Positions 12,011 to 25,216 of a DNA stretch of 64,000 nucleotides are shown here, piece after piece. The position numbers and the translations under genes were made by a program. A model generated the notes under the pieces. It was given only the letters and a program-made list of their open reading frames with translations, searched no databases and was not told the origin of the DNA. This DNA is from Octopus vulgaris (lineage: Eukaryota). The stretch is from contig OX597822.1 of assembly GCA_951406725.2 (NCBI GenBank), positions 85,622,001 through 85,686,000 of the forward strand. Direction: 5' to 3'. Every line of letters begins with the position of its first letter. The stretch's first letter is position 1.

Positions 12011-12418
12011 TCTCTCTATATATAAACGGCAGTTTGTCTGTCTGTGTGTCTGTGAGTCTATCAGGTTGTACCCTCACCCTGACCACGGCTTTCAACCGAT
12101 TCTGATGAAACTTGACACACACATAGCCCAATGTCATAATTCAAAACTAACGCAGCGAAAATTTTGAAAAGTTCCCCCAGTTCTGAAAAAAATCGATAAA
12201 TTCGACATGGGGTCGAGAATCTAAGCTTTTTATATTCAACACATTTTCTGTCGGGAGACAGCTAGGAACATCGTATACATAGAAGTATTCAAGTGAAGAG
12301 AAGACATTGCAACCTACACATGCGCCTTCGTTACCTGGAGGGAAAGAACTAGATTGGGATTAGTCGTTGCCTACTAGGGGCTCTTACATACCCGGGCAAC
12401 GCCAGGCTATGCTGCTAG
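12011..12418 (+). mobile_element. Non-autonomous Helitron
   Basis: Inserted between A and T. The 5' end is TCTCTCTATATATAAA; the 3' end has a subterminal hairpin (cccgggcaacgccagg) then CTAG. It retains the RepHel C-terminal peptide TARNIVYIEVFK* (~12258-12296). Confidence 0.85.
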
Positions 12419-12782
12419 TTGTGACATATATTCCATATTTTCTTTACGGATTGTGGTTCATATCCATTTGATGTCACGCTTGTTTAATTCACTTAGACCT
12501 TGCTACCTGTAAGTTGTTGTGCACTTTCGGTAATCAAATATTTCGCTTGAATTAACTATGACTCTACTATTTGTATTCATGTTTGTCTATCTGCTGTGTA
12601 TTTCAACTTTTTATATTCCCCTACAGAGTATTCTCAAAGCATTCCTCAATATTTTCTTCAGTTAAGCAAAATGACTGATCCGTTCCTTTTTTTTCTTTCC
12701 TAATCGATTGATACTCAGCCATTTATAACATCAATAGCTGCTATGTATTGTATAATTAAGCTGCAGTTGTCTTTTGTTCAAC

Positions 12783-12827
12783 GGCAGCTGGTGAAGTGAA
12801 TAATCATCGAAACATCGAAATGCCTGC
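12783..12827 (+). ncRNA. Decayed hammerhead-like motif, copy 2 of the direct repeat
   Basis: GCAG-CUGGUGA-AGUGA(AUAA)UCAUC-GAAA-CAU(CGAA)AUG-C-CUGC. The motif and its flanks align with 11957-12003. Confidence 0.4.
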
Positions 12828-13149
12828 GAAGAAACCTGTAGCAAATATTCCATATTTTTTTATGTGGTGAATAGAAGTGTCATTCTTCACGTTTGTGACA
12901 TAAAATCAATGCACCGACTTCCGATTGAGTCGTTGAACACTTTCGCTGATTATCATGCTTACACGAACTAAGTTCATCTGCGTTTATCTACTAAAGTATA
13001 TATGTGTGTATATGTGTATGTACATATGACTTAATGCGTCATACGTACATCCATCTATACATACATGCATACATACATACATACATACATACATACATAC
13101 ATACATACATACATACATACATACATACATACATACATACATACATACA

Positions 13150-13380
13150 TTTCTCAAGATTGGTATTTAGGCAGTGTGTTACATATCCCAGGGCCCCAAT
13201 AATTACAGGTATAAACCTGAACTTGTAACCTGGATAGAGTAACTGCAGATTTCTCAACAGTTCAGCGCAAGTATTTTCTTTTCCACTGATCTTCAGCTTT
13301 ATGTTAACATCCGCCGAGCAACTAATTTCCACAACTATCCCAAATCATTATGTCAGGTCTGTTGTTCTTACATTTTATTG
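13150..13380 (-). mobile_element. R4/Dong-like (restriction-like endonuclease) non-LTR element fragment
   Basis: VVEISCSADVNIKLKISGKENTCAELLRNLQLLYPGYKFRFIPVIIGALGYV matches the RLE domain (E...K..Y..L, PVIIGALG). Confidence 0.75.
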
Positions 13381-13469
13381 ACGTCTTCACTGGGATATTC
13401 CACTAGTATTCCTTTTTATTATGAGTGGCTATGGCTTCTACCATATCGTGGGTTCTTACTTCTTTGTCC

Positions 13470-13695
13470 ATACATAAAGCAAAGCATACAAATCTGCACA
13501 TATGCATACATACATGCATGCATACATACATACATACATACATACATACATACATACATACATACATACATACAAAAATTCCCTGTTGCTGATGTTGAAA
13601 TTCCGATAAAGGAGCCTTGGATCTAGGTTAGAAACCGGCTCTTTCTCTATTGGCAAGAAATCTTGAAATAAAACTGAATAATGACATACATACAT
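13470..13695 (+). mobile_element. 3' UTR of a LINE-like family ending in (CATA)n
   Basis: aagcaaa(g/a)catacaaatctgc...tacaaaaa(t)ccctgttg(c/t)tgatgttgaaattcc...gaaaccggctctttctctattggcaagaaatcttgaaa. A second copy spans ~30465-31400. Confidence 0.7.
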
Positions 13696-13770
13696 ATGTA
13701 TGTATCTATGTATATGTTTGCATATATGTATGTATATATGTATACATGTTTGTGTATGCATGCATGTATA

Positions 13771-13852
<82 letters not shown>

Positions 13853-14035
13853 CATACATATATATATATATATATACATGTATGTGTGTGTATAGATATA
13901 TATGTATGTATATATGTATGCATATATGAATATATGTATGTAAAAATGTGTGTGCATGTACATGTGTGTGTGTATGCGCGTGTGTATAAGTGCGCGTGTG
14001 TGTGAGTGTGTATAAGTGCGCGTGTGTGTGAGTGT

Positions 14036-14081
<46 letters not shown>

Positions 14082-14978
14082 CTTACAGTATGCTGTAAGT
14101 AGTACTATTTACAAGATGGCTCTTGTCTTCAGTTCATTGTCCGTCCCATCATTAACAAACTGACTTTCCATGGGACTCGCTCTTTCTTTCTTTCTCTTTT
14201 TCGTTCTCTCTTTCTGTCTTTCTTCTATGCTGTCCGATAAGAAGCGGGAATGTTAGCATATGTTAATGTATCATCATAGATATTATACTCGTAGATGTAG
14301 GGGTGGTGGTAGAGAGGTGACAATGAGTGGAGAAAAGGAGGTGTAAATAGGGGTGAGTGCAGGGTAGGTGAATGTGGGTGAGGCGGTAGTTGATGACTTG
14401 ATAAACTGTTGTTGTTTTTCTTGTTGTTGTTTAGCCCCAGGTAAATCTTTATCGCGGGGACTTATGCTCAGAGACAGTCCAGCTATCATTATTACCGCTA
14501 ATTTCACAGGCCTGAGATCCAATACATTCCGGGCACAGGAACCCTAAACCCCATTCCACAATATGACTTTCTTGTGGAACATTTATGGTTTGATTTAAGT
14601 GAGATTGAGCAAATGTTTCTAGCAGATCGGACGATCACAGAGTGACCCCTTTGTTGGCTCGTTACAAAAACCCACCTATTGCATTATAAATATTTTTTTA
14701 GAGATATCTACAACTATATTACAGAATGTGTCCTTGTTTTTTTTCCTTAATCATAATGGTGTGATTGGAGGGAGATTTGGCTGCTATTTCTTGAAAGTGT
14801 GACAATCACATAAAGACTCTCTCATATCTGATAAGTGTTAAGAAGAATGGATACGTGAAAGTGGCTCCTTAAAGAGTGTGTTTACCTGTTGTTGGGGTGG
14901 AAAAAACACTAAAAAGAAAACATTCTTTATGATTGCGTTGTCATTTGGGAGTGCTTGTCAGATAGTGTGATAGTGTGA

Positions 14979-15027
<49 letters not shown>

Positions 15028-15422
15028 AGTTATTTGTGTTGAAAGATAATGAAACGATTACATAGGCGCACTGATACACATATATACACATCGATTAAAA
15101 GGAGATAACCACACACACACACACACACACACATACGATTCTACTTAAATGTATTTCTGTTTGTGTGCGCGCGCGCGTGTGAAGAGGGGGTGGGTGGGTT
15201 GTATAGTGAAGTGTTCACAGCAGGAGAGGTGAAGATGTGTATTGCATTCAGCTATGTCTGTAACACTATGATCCGAGTTCGAATTCTAGTCAAGTCGATT
15301 TTCTCCTTCCAACTTTCTGGAATCAATGAATTCATGTCTTGATAACGTTTAATCTGGCTATTTCTCTAGCTTGACCAACAGAACACGCCATATATACGTA
15401 TATATATGTGTGTGTGCGTGTG

Positions 15423-15475
<53 letters not shown>

Positions 15476-15537
15476 CGGGAAGCTTTATGAAAATAGACAA
15501 AAGACGAAGGCAGGTGGAAAACAAACAAACAATTATA

Positions 15538-15596
<59 letters not shown>

Positions 15597-15611
15597 ATGT
15601 ATATATATATG

Positions 15612-15653
<42 letters not shown>

Positions 15654-16002
15654 CATACATATATACATATATATATATGTATGTATGTATCTAAATGCAA
15701 TTAAGATTCAGTTGAATTAGGTACTTCAATTGAGGCACCTTGTTAGGTGGGAATAACATGCATATTCAACGATATTAAGTGAATATCAAACTTGGTGCAT
15801 AAGTACTGGCTATATGATATTCTTGCAGATAATAAGACCTACATGAGTGGAGAAATCCGCTCTTGAGCTATTCAGACAAGCCGCTGGTATTTATAGAGTG
15901 TTAAACACTTTCTATATGCAAATTAGGGACTCCTTCACAGAGCAACTGCTGCATTTGTTGAGTATATAAACAGTTTGGCTGCTCATTTCTCTGGATACTG
16001 TC

Positions 16003-16071
16003 AGAATGATGTGGACGCCTCTGATGAGGACCCAACAAGGTTCGAAAATCGATTAAGGTTGTTCGTCATTC
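16003..16071 (+). ncRNA. Canonical type-I hammerhead ribozyme
   Basis: Core CUGAUGA at 16021-16027. Stem II is GGACC/GGUUC with loop CAACAA. GAAA at 16044-16047. Stem III is AA(UCGA)UU, within the palindrome AAUCGAUU. The cleavage triplet UUA ends at 16055. Stem I is GGACGCCU/AGGU(U)GUUC, extended by AGAAUGAU/GUCAUUCU. Confidence 0.8.
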
Positions 16072-16503
16072 TTTTCAGCCTGTTGAGAAATGGCTAAAAG
16101 TTGCCCTGTTTATAATTATACCATACTGTCTGTAATATTTACGAAGCACAGATTACAGGACAGGTGAACGAGTAACAAAGAAGTATAGGTGTTAATCCAT
16201 TACAGCCGTTTCCAACGACACCTTTAATTGCAAAAAAAAACGTCTTCGTCAGATGAATTCATGAACTTCTCTACACAGAAGACAATTTGATTGATTTAAC
16301 ATAGTTACGAATTCACGGAGCAAAAATATTTACGTTGATTCTGCTACTATTCAGTTGACAGAATGAATTTATCAAAATAGTGTATACTGTCAGAACAAAG
16401 GAAATTTAGGGGCTATTAGAATTTATAGTAGGGGGAAGAAGTAATTGACTCAAGTGGCCCAGTTATCTATACGTCTAACAATAGAGGAAGGATTGGCTCC
16501 AAT

Positions 16504-17990
16504 CGGCTAGAACCTCGCAGTACGAGTACACCATTGTACGAGTAATTTGCTGTACGAGTCGTGACTCGTGTGAATTTTTGTCTTGAAATACGAACGGAAA
16601 TCCGCAGTACGAGCGAGTTTCATACAAGCGACCGCTAGTCGGCGCTGAGCTCGCACGCGCTTTCCCAACAAGTGCTGTCTCCGCTCGCTCAGTTCACGTG
16701 TTTATCTCGTTGTGGTAGCATCCCTGTTATGTTTTTCCCAGAGCATCCCTGTTGTGTTTTTCCCTGTGTTTTATTCAGATTTGTACGTTTTTCGCTATTA
16801 TTGTATAGTAATTAGTTGTTAGCCATGGGTCCTAAGAATGTTGGTGCAAAGGATAGTGTTGAGAAGAAGAAAAAGCTGATTAGGGTAAAATTGAAGAAAG
16901 AAATCATTGATAAACATGAGAGAGGTGTGCGTGTAGTGGACATAGCAGGTCAATACGACCGAAGCACGTCGATGATGTGCACCGTCCTGAAGAAAAAGGA
17001 AGAGATCAAGGCTGTTACAACAGCAAAGGGTGTCTCCAGGTTGTCTAAACAACGCACATCTGTCCACAAAAGGATGGAAAAACCGCTTCTGGGGATCAAT
17101 GAGAAGTAATTCGCAGGGGATACGATTACGAAGACCATCATCTGCGAGAAAGCACGAGCGCTGAATGAAGATCTCTTGAAGCAGAACCCTGGAACATCGA
17201 TGGAGCAGACATCAGCAGACGCATTTCAGGCCAGTTGCGGCTGGTTTGATAATTTCAAGAAGAGGACTGGTGTTCATAGTGCCGTCAGGTATGGAGAAGC
17301 AGCGACTTCTGACACGAAGGCAGCTGAAGATTTTGTGCGTGAATTCCGTCAGCTTATCGCAGCCGAGAGGCACATCGCACAACAGGTATTCAACTGTGAT
17401 GAACCTGGCTTTTTTTGAAAAACAAAATGCCCAGATAAACCTACATAACTGCAGAGGAAAAGAAAATTCCAGGCCACAAGCTTATGAAAGACAGGCTAAC
17501 TCTCACCCTTAGTGCCAATGCGAGTGGAAACTTGAAAATTAAGCTGCTTCTTGTCTACCATTCCGAAAACCCACGAGCGTTCAAGTCGCACAAAATCCTG
17601 AAGGAGAAGCTGCAGGTCATATGGAGGGTCAGCAGGTAATTCTTCTCCGAGTAGGTCAACTTTGTCTTCTGACCAGCAATGAAAAATTATCTCATGAAGA
17701 ACAATTTCCTCTCAAGGCTTTCCTCATCTTCAACTATGCTCCCTGCTTAACCTCGAAGATGATAGCCAGGACGAATTTAAATTTATAAAACTTCTGAGCC
17801 TTTCACGCAGCACTACTCCTATCTTGCAGCCCATGGATCAACTGATGATTTCTAATTTTAAGAAATTGTACACCAAACACCTGTTTCGTCGGTGCTTTGA
17901 AGTCACCGAAAATACAAATCTAACCCTTCATGAGTTTTGAAAGGAGTATTACAACATTGTAAACTGCCTGAAAATCCTCAATATGGCATT
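16504..17990 (+). mobile_element. Tigger/pogo DNA transposon, decayed transposase
   Basis: HTH-psq (KKEIIDKHERGVRVVDIAGQYDRSTSMMCTVLKKKEEIK), CENP-B HTH (FQASCGWFDNFKKRTG), QQVFNCDEPGFF, KDRLTL and ILQPMDQ, with many stops and frameshifts. TIR-like tagaacctcg...tacgag at the left end. Confidence 0.9.
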
Positions 17991-18503
17991 TACAAAGTGT
18001 ACAATAATACTATGAATTGAGAAATAGGGTGATGGTCATGGAACAGATACAAACAAGAGGGTGAGAAGGAAAGTATTGTAGATTACATAGACTCCAGTAT
18101 GTGAGTTAAACATATTCTATCCACCCCGCTCTTCTCGGAAGGATTAAATGTAAAGTCGACACCGGCAGGATTTGAACTCAGAACATAAAGAAACGTAACA
18201 AAACATTACAAGATACTCAATCCAGTGTTCCGAAAACATGACTGATATTACAAAATCATTTCAAGTGTATTGATGACCAAACTTCAATAATATACACAAG
18301 AGATGGCGGACAGATGGGAGACAGATGGCGGTCAGGTTAAGTAATCGAATATGGTAGCAATAATAAAAGAGAGCGATATAGCCCCCTATCTTTACAAATG
18401 CCCCCTATACTTACAAATGTCCCTTCTTCCTCACTAAGCGTTATTCCACGTCTCCGAAGTAAGAACGATACGACAGAAACCTATAGACTTTTGTCGGTCC
18501 TGA

Positions 18504-18580
<77 letters not shown>

Positions 18581-18933
18581 TGTATGTATGTATGAATGAA
18601 TGAATGAATGTATGTATGTATGTATGTATGTATGTATGTATGTATGTATGTATGTATGTATGTATGTATGTATGTATGTATGAGTGTAGACCGAACGAAA
18701 CAAAAGTCAGATACGTAAGAAGTGAAAGCGGGGCCCATCAAGTAAAAATAAATAAATGGGGTTTAAAAAAAAGACGAAAAAAAAAAGGAAATTTTAAAAG
18801 AATCAATAAATGTCACTTTTTCGTCGATGTAATCAATCATCTCTAATCTGGTGAAACGGTATCGGTTTCAATCGAATTGTTGATGATGATGTTTAGGTTG
18901 CTGATGTTGATTCTGTTTAACTCCAGATCAGCC

Positions 18934-19045
<112 letters not shown>

Positions 19046-19394
19046 GTCCAATGAATCTTTATTTTTCTTAAAGACGGCAGGGCGCTGTTTGAGAGAGTAG
19101 TATTACTGCCACTTATCGCAAATATAAACGAACACTTACAGGTGACCTCTGGCTTTTCTCTCATGTTCAATCTTTCCTTGTTCCTCGTTACTGGCATTAT
19201 ACTCGGAGTTCCTTCCTAACAGTGATTAAAGACTTAAGTTGAAATAAAATAAATATATTTACAGTACTCCATTTTTGTAAGTTATTGTCGATCACAATGT
19301 GTGTCTATGTATGTATGTATGTATGTATGTATGTATGTATGTATGTATGTATGTATGTATGTATGTATGTATGTGTTTATGTGTATGTGTATGT

Positions 19395-19580
19395 ATATTT
19401 TCTCGTTGAGTTTTATTTAAGTTCTTTTTAAGGGAGTTCAAGCCGGTCGCTAACAAAGCGACAAGACTTTTTGAGTCAAGAGAGTTCCCGGCGTTTGTAA
19501 AGATGTGGTTGGGTTTGTATGTTGGCTGAACTGTCGATGCACACAGCCAAGTGTGTATGAAGAAAGGTTTTCTTGTGTTA
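19395..19580 (-). mobile_element. 3' UTR fragment of the R4-like LINE family (homologous to 44160-44290)
   Basis: The reverse complement matches tttacaaac..ggaactctctt(g/a)ac.caaaaagt.ttg...ttgttagcgac.g.cttgaac...aagaacttaaataaaactcaa. Confidence 0.65.
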
Positions 19581-19674
19581 AAAGAAATTATTATTTGTAA
19601 AACATATTAAGAAACAGAATGATACAAACCTTTTGGAATGAAGGGGAGCCGATGTCCCTATCCTTGTCAAATCG

Positions 19675-19726
<52 letters not shown>

Positions 19727-19788
19727 TACACATACACATATACACATACACACACACATACATCTATATATATATATATACACACACA

Positions 19789-19820
<32 letters not shown>

Positions 19821-19849
19821 TGTACGTTTAAGAATATGCAGTACATGTG

Positions 19850-20450
19850 ATAGATGGACGTCAAAAAACTAGAGCGTTTTCACCAACAGAAGTTCCGCTC
19901 TGTTATGAACGGAATGACTTTGTGACCGATGCCTCCGTTTTAGATATATCGAAAAGCAGCAGCATTGAGGCCACCATCCTGAAACATCGTCTGAGATGGG
20001 GGAGGGGCACATAGCAAGAATGGAAGAGACTTGGCTGCCTCGTCAAATTTTATATGGTGAACTTTCCACCCGAAGAAGACTCCGTGGTTGTCCCCTCCGT
20101 TGATACTAGGACCTGCTGAAGCAAAGCCTAAAACTGACTGGAATCGATCCCAAAGCCTGCGACATTGAAGCTCAGGTCAGGCCCGGCTGACATCATTCCA
20201 TCTCCACTGTGGCAGATCATTTTGAAACTGAACGACAGAGGAAAGAAGAGAAACGACAAGAAAGAAAATGGAGGCTGCAACAACCAAAGCCACCACCACG
20301 GATCCCTTGTGAATTTTGAAATAGACTCTTCTATACAAGAATCTGCCTCATTAATCATCAGAGGCATAAACAGGGACAGTTGGGAAGAGGCGGTCACGAA
20401 GAAGCCAAGTAAATTATCAGACACATGATAAAACGCCGCCGACGACGACG
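19850..20450 (+). mobile_element. RTE LINE 3' fragment (post-RT region)
   Basis: KLERFHQQKFRSV, SIEATILKHRLRWG.GHIARMEETWLPRQILYGELSTRRRLRGCP, DLLKQSL and RKEEKRQERKWR, with frameshifts. Confidence 0.85.
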
Positions 20451-21385
20451 ATTTCTATAAAAGGAACGAGTATAAAGCGGGTACATAAAAGTGTAACTAA
20501 TTCTTGGCTCTCATTAGTTAACATTAGTCAGGTGATGATCTTCAGTGGCTTTTATTGGTAGAATTGGAAATCATGGGAAGATTGTTAATATGTACTGAAT
20601 TGTTAAAATTTTCTAGCAGTCAAGAGGAAGTCATTTCGTGGGAACTCAGTAAAATGTTGCCCTCTGTAATGGCTGAAAATTTCACCCCTTCTGTTTAGTG
20701 ACTGAGTGCTTGCGTTAAGATATATGAAATTTCTCCGATAGACATAAAGTACAACATTTCTTGCCAAAAGATACAGGTGTACAGTGTCTGCTATGCCCCC
20801 AAACTATAAGCAAATTTTCGTTCGGTTACCAGAGTAACTTGACAATCATGTATGTTGATTCAATCTATAGATATGAAAGAATTGTGTTGGTCAAATCTGT
20901 TCTTAAGCGTGTGCTTTCTGAATCTAATATAGCTTCTGGAGATACTGTCATCTTTAGTGTCAGATACACATAACAAATATCAACATTCCCCCTTAACTTG
21001 AACTTTCACCAACATATATTTCTTTACTGCCCACAAGGGGCTAAACATAGAGGGGACAAACATGGGACTAAGTCGATTACATAGACCCCGGTGCGAAACT
21101 GGTACTTTATTTATCGACCCCGAAAGGATGAAAGGCAAAGTCGACCTCGGCGGAATTTGAACTCACAACGTAACGACAGACGAAATATCGCTTAGCATTT
21201 CGCCCGGCGCGCTAACGTTTCTGCCAGCTCGCCAACATAGGTCACTAATTCCTATCAGCTGACACCTATTAACCAATGAGGGCCAGGAACTAGTAACAAT
21301 TCTGACTATTATTTTGTTTTTATTATTCACTCCCAGCGTGAAACTCCGATTAGCTAAGAAATAAATAAGTGATTTTTGGTACACA

Positions 21386-21509
<124 letters not shown>

Positions 21510-21996
21510 TGCATGCATACATACATACATACTGATAGAAAGTAAGGATTGAAGAAATCTAGGCGAATGCTATATTTAACATTCCATGCGAAACCTGACT
21601 TACAAAGAGCCAAATGAGGAAGTTGGGAATCCGTCAAGATTAAAATCCAGAGGAAGTAAACGTGAGGAGAAACTCCATTCAAGTGACCGATGCATTCGCC
21701 GCCGCAAAGTATAATAGCAATCAGACAAAAATAAATGAAGACGACCTTCTTACATAGCTTTTTCAAGGTCCGAGCATTTCGAATGACTCCAGGAAGCATT
21801 TTATATTGATATGTTGGTCTGTATGTTCCATTGGTTGAGGAGAGACTATTTCATCAATTAATTAATTCATTCGTTGTGCATAAAGAATGATGTATAGCGA
21901 TGATATGGTTCGTCTAGCCATTCGAATCGAGCGTAAAACCGAATAAAGTTGTGTGACAACGTCTTCATTTTTTGTCTGATACACACACATGTATGC

Positions 21997-22032
<36 letters not shown>

Positions 22033-22969
22033 GTGTGTGTGTGTGCGCGTGTGTGTGTGTTTATGTGTCTGTGTGTGTGTGTGTGTGTGTGTTGAAAAAG
22101 TTGGAGTCAATAAGAAGGAGTACGGTTGGACATTTATTTGCAATCACTACAGCTGTTTCTAGGTAACGTAGTTCTCCGTAGAATATAACATAACTATATA
22201 GAGAGAGAACGAGAGAGAAAGAGAGAGAGAGACATGCATACATGCATAACATTTTGCCACGTGATTATACTTCAATTTAGTTTTTATTGGTCGAACATTT
22301 CAACAGAATGTCTACTCTGGTCATGCGAGTCTCTATCTCTTCTTCACGTTGTAGTTTGTGTCGGTGGTTTGCAAATGTAATCACTGACAGCTTCTCCGCA
22401 ACTATTTGCAACTTCAGATTAAAATCCAGCAATAACATTTAATGTGTGTGTGTGTGTGTGAAGGCGAGTATTGTCTACGTCGTGATATCCTGTCGTTAAT
22501 CTTTCTCGTGTTATCAAATAAGTGTCCCGCTTAGAAGACATATCGTACTTTGAAATCTTCACTATTGAAAATTCAATTAAATCTCTGCCGATAATTACGT
22601 TTCCATTCTAATCACTGGTTTCCTACATGCTTTAATAAGTAATTGTTTGCTACATGTTTTTCTAATGAGTGATTTGGGGGTAGGGTGGTTATCGGACTAA
22701 TGAGTGATTTTCATTGAATTATGACATTTTACAAACGACTGATTTACGAAATGCCTTACTCATGACTGATATACTACACGTCTTACAAACAATCGATTTA
22801 TCACATGACTTACCAATTGATTGATCAACTTATTGCTTATCTAACCGAATATTGATCTCTTGTCTGTCGGACTCCAATTTTCTCCAGGGATTTGCATAAA
22901 TTTTTATGTGGATTAGAAAGAGAAAAACCGCAGCAAAAGGCTATTTTATCATCACTTACCCAGAGCTGC

Positions 22970-23037
<68 letters not shown>

Positions 23038-24189
23038 TCTCTCTCTCTCGCTTAATTTCTCAGAACACATTGTTCCTGAATATCTGATATCCTCCATATT
23101 GGTTTTATACTTGTTGGCTCTCCCTTGTAATATGTTCAATATCTTTTCATCTGCTGAATGTTGTTTAATTGTTGTTCCCTGTAAGGCGACGAGCTGGCAG
23201 AAATGTTAGCACGCCGGGCGAAATGCTTAGCGATATTTCGTCCATCTGTACATTCTGAGTTCAAATTCCACCGAGGTTGATTTTGCTTTTCATCCTTTCG
23301 GGGTCGATAAATTAAGTACCAGTTGCGTACTGTCGTAGATCTAATCGACTGCCTCCACTTTTGGGCCGTGTGCCTTGAGTAGAAAAGAATTATTAGAACG
23401 CCGAGCACAGTGCTTAGCGGCACATTTCGTCCGTCTTTACGTTCGGAGTTCAAACGCCGCCCAGGTTGACTTTACCTTTCATCTTTTACCCCAAAATTGC
23501 TTGCTTTGTATTAAAATTTGAAACCAATATTTGTCTTATGCTGAATGTTGTTCAATCTCAAACTTGCCATCTTATCTGTTCAATACGTATTCAAAATTAT
23601 TGAATATTGTCAAATATCTATCCAATATGTGAGGAATATTATTGAATAACTGATTTGTTGTCTCATTTGTGCTCTGTTTGTTAAACATCTTTTAAATATT
23701 GAATATGTTTTCATACTGTGCGATGGATTTAGTTTCGTACTTTATGTTCTGAATTGAAATTCCCGCCAAGTTCGACTTTGTATTTCATCAATATGACTTC
23801 GATAAAATGAATATCAGTGAAATATTGGGATGGTCGTAATTCTCTAAATTGGAGGCTCTTTACAAAATCATTTATTCAATGGAGATCTGATCGTTCTTTC
23901 TAGTCTAGGTACAAGGCTTGAAATTTCGAGGAGAGCTCTCAACTGATACTTATTTTAGCGGTCTCTAAAGAATGAAAGGCAAAGTCGACGTCGGAGGAAT
24001 TTAAACTCTGAACGTGGACGAAGCGTTTTGGCAGGGGTGCAAACGATTCTGCCAGCTCACCGCCTTCATTGGAGATATGATAATAATTCATCGAATATCT
24101 CTTGTTAAATACCTATTCAGTATTTGATATGCTCTCCGATTTATGAAATATATTTGAATTCAATATTTAATCTGTTGTTGAATAAATAT

Positions 24190-24491
24190 AGTGGTTGTAT
24201 ACTCTCAACTCAACGTGACAGTCCCGTAAGGGAATTACACCACAGCCATTTAGCCCTATGAAACATCGACGTTTCCTGTCGGCTTTGACACATTTCTGTG
24301 TCCTTATATTTGCAAAGGGGAGGCAATCACCCCGTCCCAGATGGCGGGGGTGATTGCCTCCCCTTTGCAAATATAAGGTCACAGAGAATGTGTCAAAGCC
24401 GACAGGAAACGTCGATGCTTCCTAGGGCTAAATAGCTGTGGTGTAATTCCCTTACGGGACTGTCACGTTGAGTTGACAGTATACAACCACT
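24190..24491. repeat. Foldback element / palindromic MITE, ~148-bp arms and ~6-nt loop
   Basis: agtggttgtatac...ggcaatcaccccgtc | ccagat | ggcgggggtgattgcc...gtatacaaccact. The arms are reverse complementary with only a handful of differences. Confidence 0.92.
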
Positions 24492-24829
24492 CTATCGCTC
24501 CACCACCGCTCATGTCTCTCTGAGACATTTAGAAATTCAATATTTCTAATTTTGTTGAATAAATATTATCGGTTAAATGTCTGTTGGATATTTCTTAAAC
24601 ATCTGTTATATGGTAACAGGCGTTCCATATCAGTTTGGTTTTTGTTTGGCTTTTTTTGCTTGAATATGATTTAATACACATTTGCTAAGTAATATTTACA
24701 GCCACTTTAACATGGCTGTCCGTTTTAACATGGCTGTCACTACAACTACGGCGTTGATCTCTTAAGGAGATCTTAGAATTGACATTTTTTTGCTTGTTAC
24801 ATATTTGATAAATATCTATTAATTATATG

Positions 24830-25216
24830 TAGGCGTAGGAGTGGCTGTGTGGTAAGTAGCTTGCTTACGAACCACATGGTTCCGGGTTCAGTCTCACTGC
24901 GTGGCACCTCTTCTACTATAGTCTCGGGCCGACCAAAGCCTTGTGAGTGGATTTGGTAGACGGAAACTGAAAGAAGCCTGTCGTATATATGTGTATATGT
25001 TTGTGTGTCTGTGTTTGTCCCCCCAACATCGCTTGACAACCGATGCTGGTGTGTTTACGTCCCCGTAACTTAGCGGTTCGGCAAAAGAGACCGATAGAAT
25101 AAGTACTAGGCTTACAAAGAATAAGTCCTGGGGTCGATTTGCTCGACTAAAAAGGTGGTGCTCCAGCATGGCCACAGTCAAATGACTGAAACAAGTAAAA
25201 GAGTAAAGAGTAAGAG
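24830..25216 (+). mobile_element. Near full-length CORE-like SINE family B
   Basis: tRNA-like head, core, central (TG)-rich part and tail ggtggtgctccagcatggccacagtcaaatgactgaaacaagtaaaagag. Confidence 0.88.
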
